This document shows, piece after piece, positions 40,301 to 49,410 of a stretch of DNA of 64,000 bases. Below the pieces are notes generated by a model. The model saw only the letters and a list, made by a program, of their open reading frames with translations. It had not been told where the DNA came from and made no database searches. Source of the stretch: Candidatus Multivoradales bacterium (GTDB taxonomy: Bacteria > Acidobacteriota > Thermoanaerobaculia > Multivoradales > J023); assembly GCA_965248925.1 (NCBI GenBank), contig CBDFLE010000006.1:896001-960000 (forward strand), in the 5' to 3' direction. Every line of letters begins with the position of its first letter. Within the stretch, counting starts at the first letter, position 1. A program made the position numbers and the translations under genes.

Positions 40301-43148
40301 TAAAAAGGCCACCCAGGCCACCAAGGAGCCCTCCGCCACTGCCACCGCTGCCTAACACCGCCCCCAGCACTTGCCCCCAAACTCCCAGACCACCACCACC
40401 ACCACCCTGGCTACCTGCGACGCCACCAACGGCAGCGCCAAAGATTCCGGACCCTGCAAGCCACCGCGTCAGCGATACAGTGGCTAGCTCTGTCACAATC
40501 CGTTTGATTTGGTCGATGGCCACGTCGCCGATCGCTTCCCAGGCGCTCACCCCCTCTTCTCTCAACGCCCTCCAGGCGGCGCCGATGAGATCCTCAGACA
40601 GCTCAGCGATCTCTTCATAAGCTCGCTCTGCTTCTTCGACTTGAGCATCGAAAGCGTCCTCGGCCCGCTCTCTCGCCAATTTCTCGAAATCAGGAAGAAA
40701 CGCATCGAAATCGATTTCGGGCAAGTCGTCAGGAGAGATTGAGAAATCCAACTCTGGCAGCACGACCTCGCGCAGCTCTTGTAGATGCGCCAGATACTCT
40801 TGTAGTGCTTCCCGAGCTGCATTGGTCTCTACCGTGATACGGATCAGCTGTTGAGCTTTGACGCTCTGAGGATCGATCCCAAGCTCGGCGATCCTCCGAT
40901 AGACATCCTCCAGACCCTCAATGTCGCCCTTGTGCTCTCGATACAAATCGAGGGTTCGATTTAGAGTGTTCAATTCCTCTTGGGCGCTGATCAGCGCCCG
41001 CTGAAGCGCAAGCTGGCGAGCCACTTCATTTATGTCGGCCAGCGCTCCGCGAACTCTGCCGAGGGCCTCCGAGACCGCTACCGATTCGTCGACCCAGTTC
41101 CGCATGCGGTCGATGACCCGTCCGACTTGCTCGCCATACTCTGCGGCGCGAATTTTGGTCTCGCCAAGAGACCTCACTTCCTCATCGAGACGCTTACGGA
41201 TATCGACTGTGGACCTGGCAAACTCGCCGTTGTCGCGGACGGATCGAGCGTAGGCTCGCCGCAACGTCTCGACGCTCTGCTCGCTGGCGGCCTGGGCTGT
41301 TTGCAGCTCTTCGAGTCGGGTTCGGTAACTTGCCAGCAGATCGGAGAGTTCTTCGAGTGACCCGCTAGCGATCACCTTGTCCGCATCCTCTGAGATCGCC
41401 TTGAACATCTGACCGGCCTGGACGTCAGCAGCTATGGCCGCGTCGAGATTGGCCTTCCAATCGTTGATCCACTGGTTGAGTTTTGTGCCCACAACCAGCG
41501 CAGCAGCAATTGCAATTGAGAGAGGGCCGAACGAACCAGCGAAGGTCGCAACGGCCGCGGCAGCGATCGGAGCCTGAGTGATCACCGCGGCGAAAAACAG
41601 CCCTAACCCAGCGCCGGTCACCGCAGCTATGACGAGTTTGATCTCGTCCCAGTGATCGATAAACAGCGATAGCGCGTCCCCGGCTATGAGGATTGCCGCC
41701 CCGAGATCCTCGCCAAATGACTTGATGACCTCCTGGTTGCTGCCCAGTAGCTCGGTGAGCTTTGCTTTGACCTGGTCGAGAGCTGGCGCAAATCCGCTTC
41801 CGAGTGCTGCGCCCGCGATATCAAGCGCATTCGACAAACGCTGCGCGCGAGAGGCGCTGGTATCGAATGCAGCAGCGGCTTCGATGGTGAGAGCTGTCAC
41901 GGCGGCGGCTTCGTCGCGGGCCAAGCGCTGCTTTTCGGCAAGGCGCTCGAAGTTCACCGCCAAGGTTGGGAGTACCTTTAGCACCTCGGCACCGCCGAGC
42001 TTGAGTTCTTTGAGAACTAGACCGATCTGGTTGCTGGCATCGGGAATCTGGCCCAAACCCGAGAGGAAGAGGTTGACTGCCTCTACTGGGTTCTGGCGCC
42101 AGGCCGCGGCAAACTCGTCCGCCGAGGTGCCGGCGATCTCCGCGAAGCGGACCAGGTCGGCGCCACCTCGGGATACAGCAGAGCTGATGGTCTGGTAGGT
42201 CCGACCGATGACAGATCCGCCGAGCTGTGCCTGCACACCTTGCTCAGCCAGAGCCGCGGCGTAGGCTGAGACCTCGGTCGATCCAATCTGAAACTGGGCA
42301 GTTGACAGCGAGACCTCGGTTCCCATCTTGGCAATCTGGGATTCGCTGGCGGCCGAGTTGTTGCCGAGGCGGACAATCACCGAAGCCAGCCGCTCGATGT
42401 TTTCCGGCCCTTCTCCCTGCACGTTCATGATGCGGGTAAGGGCCGTTGCCCCCTCGTTCCCCGCTAGGTCGGAGGCCGCTTCAAGCTTGGCGATCGTCGC
42501 AATATATGACCGGATGTTCTCAACACCAGTAACACCCAGCTGGCCAGCCGCCTCGCCGATCTCGTGCAAGCCCGAGACAGCGACGGGAATATGACCGAGG
42601 GCCATGTCTTCAATCTCGCCCTGTAGGAGGGCGACCTCTTCGGCCGTCAACCCAGTGGTTTTCGCCACCCCCACCAGGCCAGTCTCGAAACGTTGGTGAG
42701 CCTGGTACGCCTCATCGAGCACCCGCTTTATCTGCCACCCCAAGTACCCAGCGCCCAACGCTTTGACCGCAGTCGATAGGCGCAGTACGCCTTTGCTGTT
42801 GGCGGCATACTGCTCTCTGGCTAGCTTGAGCAGTCGTACATGCTCTCGCTGACTGATAAACCCACGCCGGAGAGCCTGATCTAGGACCCGTTCAGCCCTA
42901 GAGAGGTTCTGCGCTTTCTTGATGGTGGGGTCGAGCTGACCGGCGAGGCGTTGGTAGGCTCGTTTCTGCCTCAGCGCAGTCTTGGTCAGCTTGTCGAAAG
43001 CACGGCCGCTCTCGGCTTGTGACAGGACGATCTTACGCCCGCTCTTCTTGGCAGCGTCGCCAAGACGCCTGAAGCTAGATTTACCCTTCCTGGCACCCTG
43101 GACGATGCCAGTTGTGTCGAGGGTGCCCTTGATCCTAAAGTCAGCCAC
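37359..43148 (-). CDS. Phage tail tape measure protein (TP901-type core)
   Basis: 1929 aa, Ala-rich and helical; FETGLVGVAKTT and LGNNSAASESQI motifs; follows the tail chaperone. Confidence 0.92.
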   Translation of the reverse strand: MADFRIKGTLDTTGIVQGARKGKSSFRRLGDAAKKSGRKIVLSQAESGRAFDKLTKTALRQKRAYQRLAGQLDPTIKKAQNLSRAERVLDQALRRGFISQREHVRLLKLAREQYAANSKGVLRLSTAVKALGAGYLGWQIKRVLDEAYQAHQRFETGLVGVAKTTGLTAEEVALLQGEIEDMALGHIPVAVSGLHEIGEAAGQLGVTGVENIRSYIATIAKLEAASDLAGNEGATALTRIMNVQGEGPENIERLASVIVRLGNNSAASESQIAKMGTEVSLSTAQFQIGSTEVSAYAAALAEQGVQAQLGGSVIGRTYQTISSAVSRGGADLVRFAEIAGTSADEFAAAWRQNPVEAVNLFLSGLGQIPDASNQIGLVLKELKLGGAEVLKVLPTLAVNFERLAEKQRLARDEAAAVTALTIEAAAAFDTSASRAQRLSNALDIAGAALGSGFAPALDQVKAKLTELLGSNQEVIKSFGEDLGAAILIAGDALSLFIDHWDEIKLVIAAVTGAGLGLFFAAVITQAPIAAAAVATFAGSFGPLSIAIAAALVVGTKLNQWINDWKANLDAAIAADVQAGQMFKAISEDADKVIASGSLEELSDLLASYRTRLEELQTAQAASEQSVETLRRAYARSVRDNGEFARSTVDIRKRLDEEVRSLGETKIRAAEYGEQVGRVIDRMRNWVDESVAVSEALGRVRGALADINEVARQLALQRALISAQEELNTLNRTLDLYREHKGDIEGLEDVYRRIAELGIDPQSVKAQQLIRITVETNAAREALQEYLAHLQELREVVLPELDFSISPDDLPEIDFDAFLPDFEKLARERAEDAFDAQVEEAERAYEEIAELSEDLIGAAWRALREEGVSAWEAIGDVAIDQIKRIVTELATVSLTRWLAGSGIFGAAVGGVAGSQGGGGGGLGVWGQVLGAVLGSGGSGGGLLGGLGGLFTGSGAGAAATGAGAGAGAASGGNALGLFGKATVNPAVWAGLAAAATVIIVQELDARWRAKQAAKNYTSLGIGYIQEGDREAHFVGQPPNEHIAGFEGAREFTEGIIDEIEVIIGAFGGVVESYAGIGIRLRQDGKEYIAKVGDVEKSFESFNDALDFGIVESLSQSEFGSIGHNVQLLLDGLHGGITSVEELVTEAIPLARLLDGVGGENPYRQQYVTIEADAKNLFESIRKYGLSVEDGTLLVQQQLDDVAAGLNAQIDALFGVDTSRFELAQSLREQASQQLEAAKEVEERFASLGETFVELGEKIDDSPLRPPGDLGEDIDRIGEDIEGFTSRIDLAGTGLDSTAVAVDGLTRSISDAEEEADSLGLTVSGVDLERLEEGIRAFAATVEGDVLASLGQLVGSQEAIAWAEKIRFATELSRITILIEQLRLLESTDRNLLAFMERLRDQAQNLLDTDFSGGGGGGGVGRPGGGNIGGSGSGVQERESRRRDFRRELSLMRQRETGMITDLQEAAVARNQQIDDIIGEILRLSMGQDFADEFRAGLEQAYLTELRGEHDALLQSYRDEVDQVSQLQQAVRSSAVDFDLARQQLDLLGESYDEVNSLQAAYNEQLGVQYLDSLRSLGVETEGLAEIMVNLQYEQARLTAIELAAAGAFSQLGLTIEELLGQITQAHQDALDALQDPVEPPNIEIVVGDGSASGDGSASGGGSASGGGSASGGGGSASGPPEPPPPPVDFYPPPPQYGGGGSSDADRAAQALEELLERMRSGFEDLYNSLTFGDLSPLTDELQLDEAMARLAELRELAQGNTQEAAEARQELLRLLPQILQLGQANYGQGTESYFDLFELIRQIAAGLGGVDFSSLAGSIFGGAITTTLSPDTLRALHASPATYSNTAATFELERLAQHLTARRPQQSGQMTRMVRGQELAAEELRRLRVAAEEGNAIARGVRGGVEGLRTHASSQTRIMDRQAALRGAGA
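38119..38211. repeat. Five CCACTAGCCGACCC-based 18/21-bp tandem repeats (GxGSAS) in the tape measure gene
   Basis: Copies start at 38119, 38140, 38158, 38176 and 38194. Confidence 0.9.
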
Positions 43149-43578
43149 GGTTCATGCCTTCAAGTCGCTCTACGTCCAGCTCAACGAGCAAGTCGAGTTG
43201 CAAGGCAACTTCGGATTGCGAAAGCTCCATCGTCTCAAGCTCGGAACGCATCACCGTTCGCGGTAATGGGCGAAAGATCACAGTGCCGCCCATAGGCGGC
43301 ACTATCAACGGCCGTTCGCGATCCAGCGCCCACAGAGCCTGCCACGCAGGCAACCAGCGGGCAGGAAAGCTGGGCATCTCGCCAACTACCTGGAGGGTTC
43401 GATCGCGATACCACTGCTCTAGCTCTTCGCTTTTTCGGCTGCGTGTTTTACTGTCGTCGATCTTCTCGATCTGGATTTTGCGGTGCTCGTACTTTTCTTC
43501 GTCGCGCCGCCGCCACGCTTCGACTTTGCCCGCGTGCGGACCCTCGCGGGTTTGCCACCGGAGCGCGACGATGAGGCT
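43141..43578 (-). CDS. Tail assembly chaperone gpT portion (reached by -1 frameshift)
   Basis: The -1 frame is open from the slippery site: SLIVALRWQTREG...MPSFPARWLPAWQALWALDRER. Confidence 0.75.
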   Translation of the reverse strand, partial: SLIVALRWQTREGPHAGKVEAWRRRDEEKYEHRKIQIEKIDDSKTRSRKSEELEQWYRDRTLQVVGEMPSFPARWLPAWQALWALDRERPLIVPPMGGTVIFRPLPRTVMRSELETMELSQSEVALQLDLLVELDVERLEGMNRG

Positions 43579-43994
43579 TTTTTTCCTTCCGCAGCCTCAC
43601 TGACGATCTGTTGCCTCATCTTGGCTATTTCAGTGAGCAGCTTTAGTCCAACATCCTCAAAGCTGAGGAGGTCGTAGCCAGTCGCGGCGTCGTAGTTCCC
43701 TTCGTCGTCAAGGTCTGGGATTTCGTTACCCTCTTCGTCGACAATCCCGCGCCACCCTACGAGGGATAGCTCGTTGAGAGCCAGTACCGAAAGCGTCAAG
43801 CCAGCCGTCGCGCTGAGTGGCGCAGTGACGGGTAGATTGTTATCAGATCTCCACTCAACGGCCAGCGCCTCGGTTCGCATAGTGAATACACGGGTATCGG
43901 GCAGGCGGAATTTTAGGTACTGCCCGTGACCCATGTCTAGTTCTCTGATCTCGCGCGCGGCACGCTGCGCCGCCAGCCTCTTGCCCAGCCTCAT
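43419..43994 (-). CDS. Tail assembly chaperone gpG
   Basis: Lies between tail tube and tape measure; LVGWRGIVDEEG motif; GGA AAA AAA slippery site. Confidence 0.8.
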   Translation of the reverse strand: MRLGKRLAAQRAAREIRELDMGHGQYLKFRLPDTRVFTMRTEALAVEWRSDNNLPVTAPLSATAGLTLSVLALNELSLVGWRGIVDEEGNEIPDLDDEGNYDAATGYDLLSFEDVGLKLLTEIAKMRQQIVSEAAEGKKASSSRSGGKPARVRTRAKSKRGGGATKKSTSTAKSRSRRSTTVKHAAEKAKS

Positions 43995-43996
43995 CG

Positions 43997-45208
43997 CTAG
44001 TTCGCAAAGACGATGTCGGTTACGTGGACCAGGCCAGCACCAGAGACATGACGAGGATTGAAGGTCAAGTTGTCTACCATTGACTCGCCGTCCTTCTTGA
44101 GCCCGTCAGTGCTCTTTGCGTCCGAGATCTGGGCGGCTTCCATCCAGATGTAGCGCACGCCGGTTGGAGTGCGAATGCCAAACCCAAAGGGCTCTTCTGA
44201 GTTCGGATCCTCAGCCGCGTCTAGCAATGCTTCAATGTCGGCGCCTCCGTCTCGGAACGCTTTTAGATCAGCTTTACAAGTAAACTCGCCGTCTAAAATC
44301 ATGTCGACAGGGTCGACACCGTTGCCACCAGCGCCTGCACCGTAGGTAGCCAGCAGCGGGTTCTCCAATGAAACACCAAGCTCTTCGATTCTAAGATCGG
44401 TGAATTCATTGCCGTAGCGGAGACCGAGGTTACTTCCTGGAGTGTTGAGCGGGTCCGTGGCGTGAGCCAGGAAATCAAACGAGGTGTCTACCGGAGCTTC
44501 GGTCGAGCCATTAAGCAGCTGGGCAATCAGCCTCTTTTCCTTTCGACCACCTACGAAGCTCATGTCCTGCGTCATGATGCCATCACCGCCTTTCAGCGAC
44601 CAGGCACTGCAACCCAGGCCATTGTACTCGAATCCACGTCCTCGAGTGGCGTCCCACTGTTCGGCCGTGATGCTCAGTCGATCTTTGCCAAGCACCAGAT
44701 CTCTGGTTCGGTAAACCTTGACATTGTCTCCGGCCGCTTCGTCCACCACCAAATCGAATGCGGGGTCTAGATTCAGGTCGTCTCCATCAACACTCAGCAC
44801 ATGAGCTAGAAAGGCAGGCCCATTGACGCCAACGGCAAAGCCCTGGACCCAAACAAATCCGCCGCTGATGTTGCCCCATCCACCGGGTTTTACTAGCTTG
44901 TTGTCCACAGCAGAAGCTGAGATATCAATACCCTCGGCCGAAACGGATTCAGACCATGTGTTGCAGAATGCAGACTGCATTTCTATCAAATGCGTCTGCA
45001 AGAATGCGTCGGCTGTTGCCGACCCTGAAACCTCAATTTTCTCAGCTGGGTTACTCCGCCGCTGCCGGTCTCGGTTTGCATCGTTCGGAGTGCCTCGTTT
45101 CAGGCTACTCTGGATCGAGAAGTCCGTGTATTCGTAGAACTGCAACGCGCCCGCAGGACGCACACCGTAGGTTTCTTCAAGCGCTAAGCGCACCGACATA
45201 TTGGCCAT
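43997..45208 (-). CDS. Major tail tube protein
   Basis: N-terminal LALEETYGVRP, beta-rich, canonical position. Confidence 0.75.
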   Translation of the reverse strand: MANMSVRLALEETYGVRPAGALQFYEYTDFSIQSSLKRGTPNDANRDRQRRSNPAEKIEVSGSATADAFLQTHLIEMQSAFCNTWSESVSAEGIDISASAVDNKLVKPGGWGNISGGFVWVQGFAVGVNGPAFLAHVLSVDGDDLNLDPAFDLVVDEAAGDNVKVYRTRDLVLGKDRLSITAEQWDATRGRGFEYNGLGCSAWSLKGGDGIMTQDMSFVGGRKEKRLIAQLLNGSTEAPVDTSFDFLAHATDPLNTPGSNLGLRYGNEFTDLRIEELGVSLENPLLATYGAGAGGNGVDPVDMILDGEFTCKADLKAFRDGGADIEALLDAAEDPNSEEPFGFGIRTPTGVRYIWMEAAQISDAKSTDGLKKDGESMVDNLTFNPRHVSGAGLVHVTDIVFAN

Positions 45209-45217
45209 CTCGATCTC

Positions 45218-45637
45218 CTAGGTAGGTCGTTGGTCGTAGCGGACAAACGTTGCGATGAAGTCTGTCCTGTGTTTGTTGATCTCCACCTCGTCGCCCATGT
45301 CGTGGGCGCGGAAGGAGCGGAACATTAGCGGTTCGAGCGTGTTAGCTAGCTCGAGTTCGAATGCCTGACGCAAGCGATCGAGCTTTGCGGTTCCCGTGCC
45401 GCGGGGCACCATGCACATCAGGGTCAGTGTGCCGAAGCTCTCAAACGTGTTGTTGCCAGCCCGGCTACCTCGCTGTTGCGTTGATCCGAAGCTAACCTCA
45501 GCTAGGGCATACCCATGGGGGCGGCTCTCATTTTCTGGGTCACCTGGGAGGTTCTGACGATCGAGCACGGGAATCTGAGCACCGAGACCAAGTGCTCGAT
45601 CGAGCGCCGATCGGCGCGCCTGCTCGTAAGTGATCAC
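45218..45637 (-). CDS. Tail terminator-like protein
   Basis: Size, position and VPRGTGT motif. Confidence 0.6.
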   Translation of the reverse strand: MITYEQARRSALDRALGLGAQIPVLDRQNLPGDPENESRPHGYALAEVSFGSTQQRGSRAGNNTFESFGTLTLMCMVPRGTGTAKLDRLRQAFELELANTLEPLMFRSFRAHDMGDEVEINKHRTDFIATFVRYDQRPT

Positions 45638-46068
45638 CGGAATCTCTCCAGAGCTTCAGCGATGAACAGGTCGACCCAATTGTGAGGAATCTGAATGGAC
45701 CACTTGTGGTATGCCAGCCGGCGCCCCTGAGGGCTGTTGTTGACGATGCCAAGGTCCATTCCTGGTCTCCACCTGACCAAGATCTCGACCAAGCCCGCGC
45801 CGCCACCACCTACGCCGTAAGGAGGCTCTGGAACGCTGCCAACGAAGAATGCCCAGGACCCGGCGAAGCGACCAGGCTGGTAGCCCGCAGGGGGAGCATG
45901 GTTGCTACCCCAAGCTGCGGTGTTGCCAACAGGGGAGGCTGTCCGCGCTGCATCAATAAGCGCTTTCAGGATCTTGGCAATCTCCGTTCGGATGGCAATT
46001 CCTTGCTGGACCTCCATTGCTATCGCCAGCTTGCGGCCATCTTTGAGATCGTAAGCACCGTTGATCAT
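45634..46068 (-). CDS. HK97 gp10-like neck/tail completion protein
   Basis: SPVG...GRFAGSW, NNSP and WSIQIP motifs. Confidence 0.7.
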   Translation of the reverse strand: MINGAYDLKDGRKLAIAMEVQQGIAIRTEIAKILKALIDAARTASPVGNTAAWGSNHAPPAGYQPGRFAGSWAFFVGSVPEPPYGVGGGGAGLVEILVRWRPGMDLGIVNNSPQGRRLAYHKWSIQIPHNWVDLFIAEALERFR

Positions 46069-46445
46069 GCGGCCACCTCCGTCAGCTCTAGGGTGTAGCC
46101 GATGAGGGTGGTGTCGTCAGGCGCGTGGCGCTTCGGTCTAGCAGCGATCTCCCACAGCCGGCCAGCGGGCGAGCGCAGACGGTGGCCCTTTCGGGGGCTG
46201 ATATTCTCGAGCCCCTCGGGCGACACCTTGGCTCGGGTGCGGTCGGTCTCTACCCAGACCCCCTCGCGCAGCTCCCGCACCGCGGTGCCGAGGCGCACTC
46301 GTAGGCCAGACACCTCGCCGAGGCTGCGCCACTCGCTCTCACCCGGCCCAAGCTCGACCAGCTCGCGGCGGATCAGCACGAAGTCTCCGCCGAGCTGGCG
46401 ACCCAGGCTCGTCATGGCCGCCTGTAGCTGGCCTGGCAGGCTCAT
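46065..46445 (-). CDS. Head closure / head-tail joining protein
   Basis: 126-aa beta-rich protein in the canonical position; ATGA overlaps. Confidence 0.55.
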   Translation of the reverse strand: MSLPGQLQAAMTSLGRQLGGDFVLIRRELVELGPGESEWRSLGEVSGLRVRLGTAVRELREGVWVETDRTRAKVSPEGLENISPRKGHRLRSPAGRLWEIAARPKRHAPDDTTLIGYTLELTEVAA

Positions 46446-47107
46446 CGGTATCTCCGAGCCAGTCGCTCGGCAGCGGCCGGTAGGACGCGCCCCTCATGCC
46501 CTGCGAAATAGCTAACAGACGCTTGCTCGTCTGCAACCCGTCGAACGGCAGCTTGTCGCGAGAGATCCCCTCGATACCAGCTCTCGGCCGTGAGGATGGC
46601 TGCGTCGCGGAGGTTTGCAGGAAGCTGTTGCCAATCTGGGGCGCCCTCGCCGTCGCCCCATCCATACCACCCACCAGCGTAGATCACCCGGTGGGTGTAG
46701 GGGTCGCCGCCAGCCGGTGTTCGGTGTTGGAGGTTGCGGGCGGCGGTGGGTACCGGCCACCCTTCCTGACAGTAGAGCGTCTGCCGGCGATCGCCGCGAA
46801 CCTGGTACAGGTCTGGCGAGATCTCCTCGCCGGCAACAGTCTCCACCCGCACCACGTCGGTCACCGGCCAATGGGATAGGAAGAGCTGGCCACCACCAGG
46901 AGGAGTGACCAGCTCTTCAACCTCTCGACGAAACACCGGACGGACGGTGCCGTCCGTCCCTTGCAGCACTTCGGCCGACGACCGCAGCACGGCATCTAAC
47001 GCAACGCGGTGCGCTTCGACATCGAGCCGCATCTGCGCCGCCACGTCCTCCGCAGTGGCGAAAACCGGCTCGGTCAGAAGGTCGCCCGTAGGCGTAACGA
47101 GGCTCAG
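46442..47107 (-). CDS. Head-tail adaptor (HK97 gp6-like), probable CTG start
   Basis: LSHWPVTDV, VIYAGGW, LPANLRDAAIL and terminal LARRYR motifs. The frame extends to CTG 47107, which overlaps the upstream TGA. Confidence 0.7.
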   Translation of the reverse strand: MSLVTPTGDLLTEPVFATAEDVAAQMRLDVEAHRVALDAVLRSSAEVLQGTDGTVRPVFRREVEELVTPPGGGQLFLSHWPVTDVVRVETVAGEEISPDLYQVRGDRRQTLYCQEGWPVPTAARNLQHRTPAGGDPYTHRVIYAGGWYGWGDGEGAPDWQQLPANLRDAAILTAESWYRGDLSRQAAVRRVADEQASVSYFAGHEGRVLPAAAERLARRYR

Positions 47108-47376
47108 CCCGACGATCCCCTGCGGGGTTTGCGACGACGACGCGCGGCAGATTTCGAAGTGCCCGGGTTGTCAACTCCGGGCTGTTTGGGCTGCTCGCCA
47201 CTAGGTTCCACCGGCTCGGTCTCGCTGCCCTCGACTACACCTCCATCGAGAATATCGACCACTTGGAGCTTCGCCAACAGCTCCGCATCATCGGGGTATA
47301 GATATGCCTGGCCATCAACCTGAAATGTTCCAAGGTCGCCGCAATAGCGCTTGGTGAACTTGACAAGTAAATCCAT
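47104..47376 (-). CDS. Small phage head-associated protein
   Basis: TAATG overlap start, basic tail, typical post-capsid position. Confidence 0.6.
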   Translation of the reverse strand: MDLLVKFTKRYCGDLGTFQVDGQAYLYPDDAELLAKLQVVDILDGGVVEGSETEPVEPSGEQPKQPGVDNPGTSKSAARRRRKPRRGSSG

Positions 47377-47801
47377 TACGACACCAAGTCCGGAGTGTAG
47401 AGGGTGTGAATCTCGGAAGCGGACCCCGGCTCTGGCGGCAAAGTTCGACCGCCATACCGAACAGCGTAGATGTCGCCAAGTGCCGTGTCCGCTCCGCCTC
47501 GGTCGACCACGAACCTCAACGGTCCGGATCGAGGCCGGGCACAATCCAGAACCAACAGCATGTCATCCGTAGAGGTTGCATGGCGGCTGCCAACTACCTC
47601 TTTCCATTGAGCCGACGATGGGTCCAGCTGCTCAATCCTGGCAGTGTTCGCAACATTGGCAACCGAGATCTGAACAAAGAAACTGACTCCGGCGTAGCCT
47701 GTGCAATCGACGGCGTTAGAAGTTACTTCTGTGCCGCCAGCCGCCTCGGCCCCATGGAGCAAGTCGATGCGAGCGGCGCCTGTGAGATGTACGGTATCCA
47801 T
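47376..47801 (-). CDS. Putative capsid decoration protein
   Basis: AVDCTGYAGVSF motif, beta-rich, directly after the capsid gene; AGGAG RBS. Confidence 0.6.
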   Translation of the reverse strand: MDTVHLTGAARIDLLHGAEAAGGTEVTSNAVDCTGYAGVSFFVQISVANVANTARIEQLDPSSAQWKEVVGSRHATSTDDMLLVLDCARPRSGPLRFVVDRGGADTALGDIYAVRYGGRTLPPEPGSASEIHTLYTPDLVS

Positions 47802-47850
47802 GAATTCTTTCTCCTTTCAGTCGAGAGATGAATGGCCAGGCTGCAACCAC

Positions 47851-49215
47851 TCAGACATCTGCTAGCTTCACACGAGCGAAGGCATCGTCCTTCATCGGCA
47901 TTGCATCGCGCCACAGTCTGCCAACGAAACCTGTTTCGTTGGTGTCGGAGTACTTCTCATGAAGTACCTGGATCTGCAGGCCCTTCCACTCGGCGATCCA
48001 ATAGTAGAAGAAATCGCCGAAAACTAGAACATAGGAACCTGGAGCAAAGGCATTGGGAGCGAAGTCGCAAAGACGTACAGGACGCCCCATCAGCTTGTCC
48101 GGCTCACCCTCGACCACTGATTCTTTCCAGATAAAGTCCCCGTTTCCGTTCTTCTTGTTGGCGACGTGCTCAAGCACATCGGTATGGCCAACCCATGTGC
48201 CTTTCTGCCTATGCTTCTCGGGTACCCGATTCTTGGCGTGCCTGAGCGCCTCGAAGGTCAGCGCGTCGGGCGTGTTGTACAGCGAGAAATCTCGACTGAT
48301 TGAAATACCATTGGGAGACGGCACGAAGATCCCGAGCGGCTCGTCAGCGCCGTTGCCTGTCATGTATTCCTGCTCGCTAGACTCGGAGAACTCCAAGTTC
48401 AACTGCTCTCGCACGAGCTGATCTGCTGGGATGACACTCTCAGAAAGCATCACTGTTTCGATCTGCGTGCTGAGCTTGGTCATTGTCGGCTTCAGCTTTC
48501 GCACGCCGATTTCGAGGCTACCCTGTGCCCCCTTTCCCCGAGGACGCACTGGCCGCGGTGCGCCGATCCGCTTCTTGCGATAAGGGCTCCCGATCTCCTG
48601 GAGCGTCTGCATTGGCCACATACGAGAGAGCTGTCGCATGAAGATGCTGGCATCAGCCTCCGTCAGAAACTCAGCCAACATCCGTGGAGGAGGCATCAGG
48701 TAGTGTCCACCGGAATCGGTCTCTTGGTTGAGCGCCATGATTTCGCTTGGGCGGACATTCGCGACCAAGGACGAGCGAAACGCCCGGAGGTACTCATCCG
48801 AACCTAGCTGTTCGTTGTAGTTGGCGAGCGCAGCTACTACTCGCCGGCTCGTACGTCGGCGCGCCTGGCCGGTCAGACCAGAATCATCGAGCAACTCGGG
48901 GAGCCAATCGGGAGTCTGACGGCCGGACGACTGCGGGTGCTGATCGCTGTCCGGCTCGTTGCTGGGACTGGTTACACGACCCTGAAGCGCGGCAAGAATT
49001 TCGGAGCGTTCTTCGTCGCCCTCATGGGCTTGCTCAAGCGCGACAAGATCGTTGGCGGCCTGGATTGAGCGCGACAAGTTTTTGATGTCATCAAGCAGCC
49101 GGACGTGCTGCTCGTGCTCCTCTGTTGAGAGTGGTCGGTTTTCACTTTCTGCGCGAGTATGGATCGCGCGAGCTTGAGCTAGTAGTTGCGTGCGTTCTTG
49201 GTGTATTTCTGGCAA
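47851..49215 (-). CDS. HK97-family major capsid protein with delta domain
   Basis: SGGHYLMP, MTGNGADEPLGI, LMGRPV and FGDF motifs. TTG start at 49215 follows GGAGG. Confidence 0.92.
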   Translation of the reverse strand: MPEIHQERTQLLAQARAIHTRAESENRPLSTEEHEQHVRLLDDIKNLSRSIQAANDLVALEQAHEGDEERSEILAALQGRVTSPSNEPDSDQHPQSSGRQTPDWLPELLDDSGLTGQARRRTSRRVVAALANYNEQLGSDEYLRAFRSSLVANVRPSEIMALNQETDSGGHYLMPPPRMLAEFLTEADASIFMRQLSRMWPMQTLQEIGSPYRKKRIGAPRPVRPRGKGAQGSLEIGVRKLKPTMTKLSTQIETVMLSESVIPADQLVREQLNLEFSESSEQEYMTGNGADEPLGIFVPSPNGISISRDFSLYNTPDALTFEALRHAKNRVPEKHRQKGTWVGHTDVLEHVANKKNGNGDFIWKESVVEGEPDKLMGRPVRLCDFAPNAFAPGSYVLVFGDFFYYWIAEWKGLQIQVLHEKYSDTNETGFVGRLWRDAMPMKDDAFARVKLADV

Positions 49216-49252
49216 CGTAGTGCCTCCGGTTTGGTGGGCCGGTAGGCACAAC

Positions 49253-49410
49253 AAAAAAACGCAACTGGCTACCGACCTCGGTTTCGAGGTGGTAACAAGC
49301 TGCGTCTCATCGGAGGTGGGGCCTGCTACGATCAACGCGCCGGTTTCGCCATTGGGCGTTGAGCGCGATGTTCCCAATTCAGTTTTCTATGCAGTTGGGC
49401 ATTGCCCAGC
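49253..49410 (-). promoter_or_regulatory. Structured capsid leader ending in a terminator-like hairpin plus T7
   Basis: Stems at 49396-49408, 49332-49362 and 49259-49305, followed by a T run on the minus strand. Confidence 0.55.
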
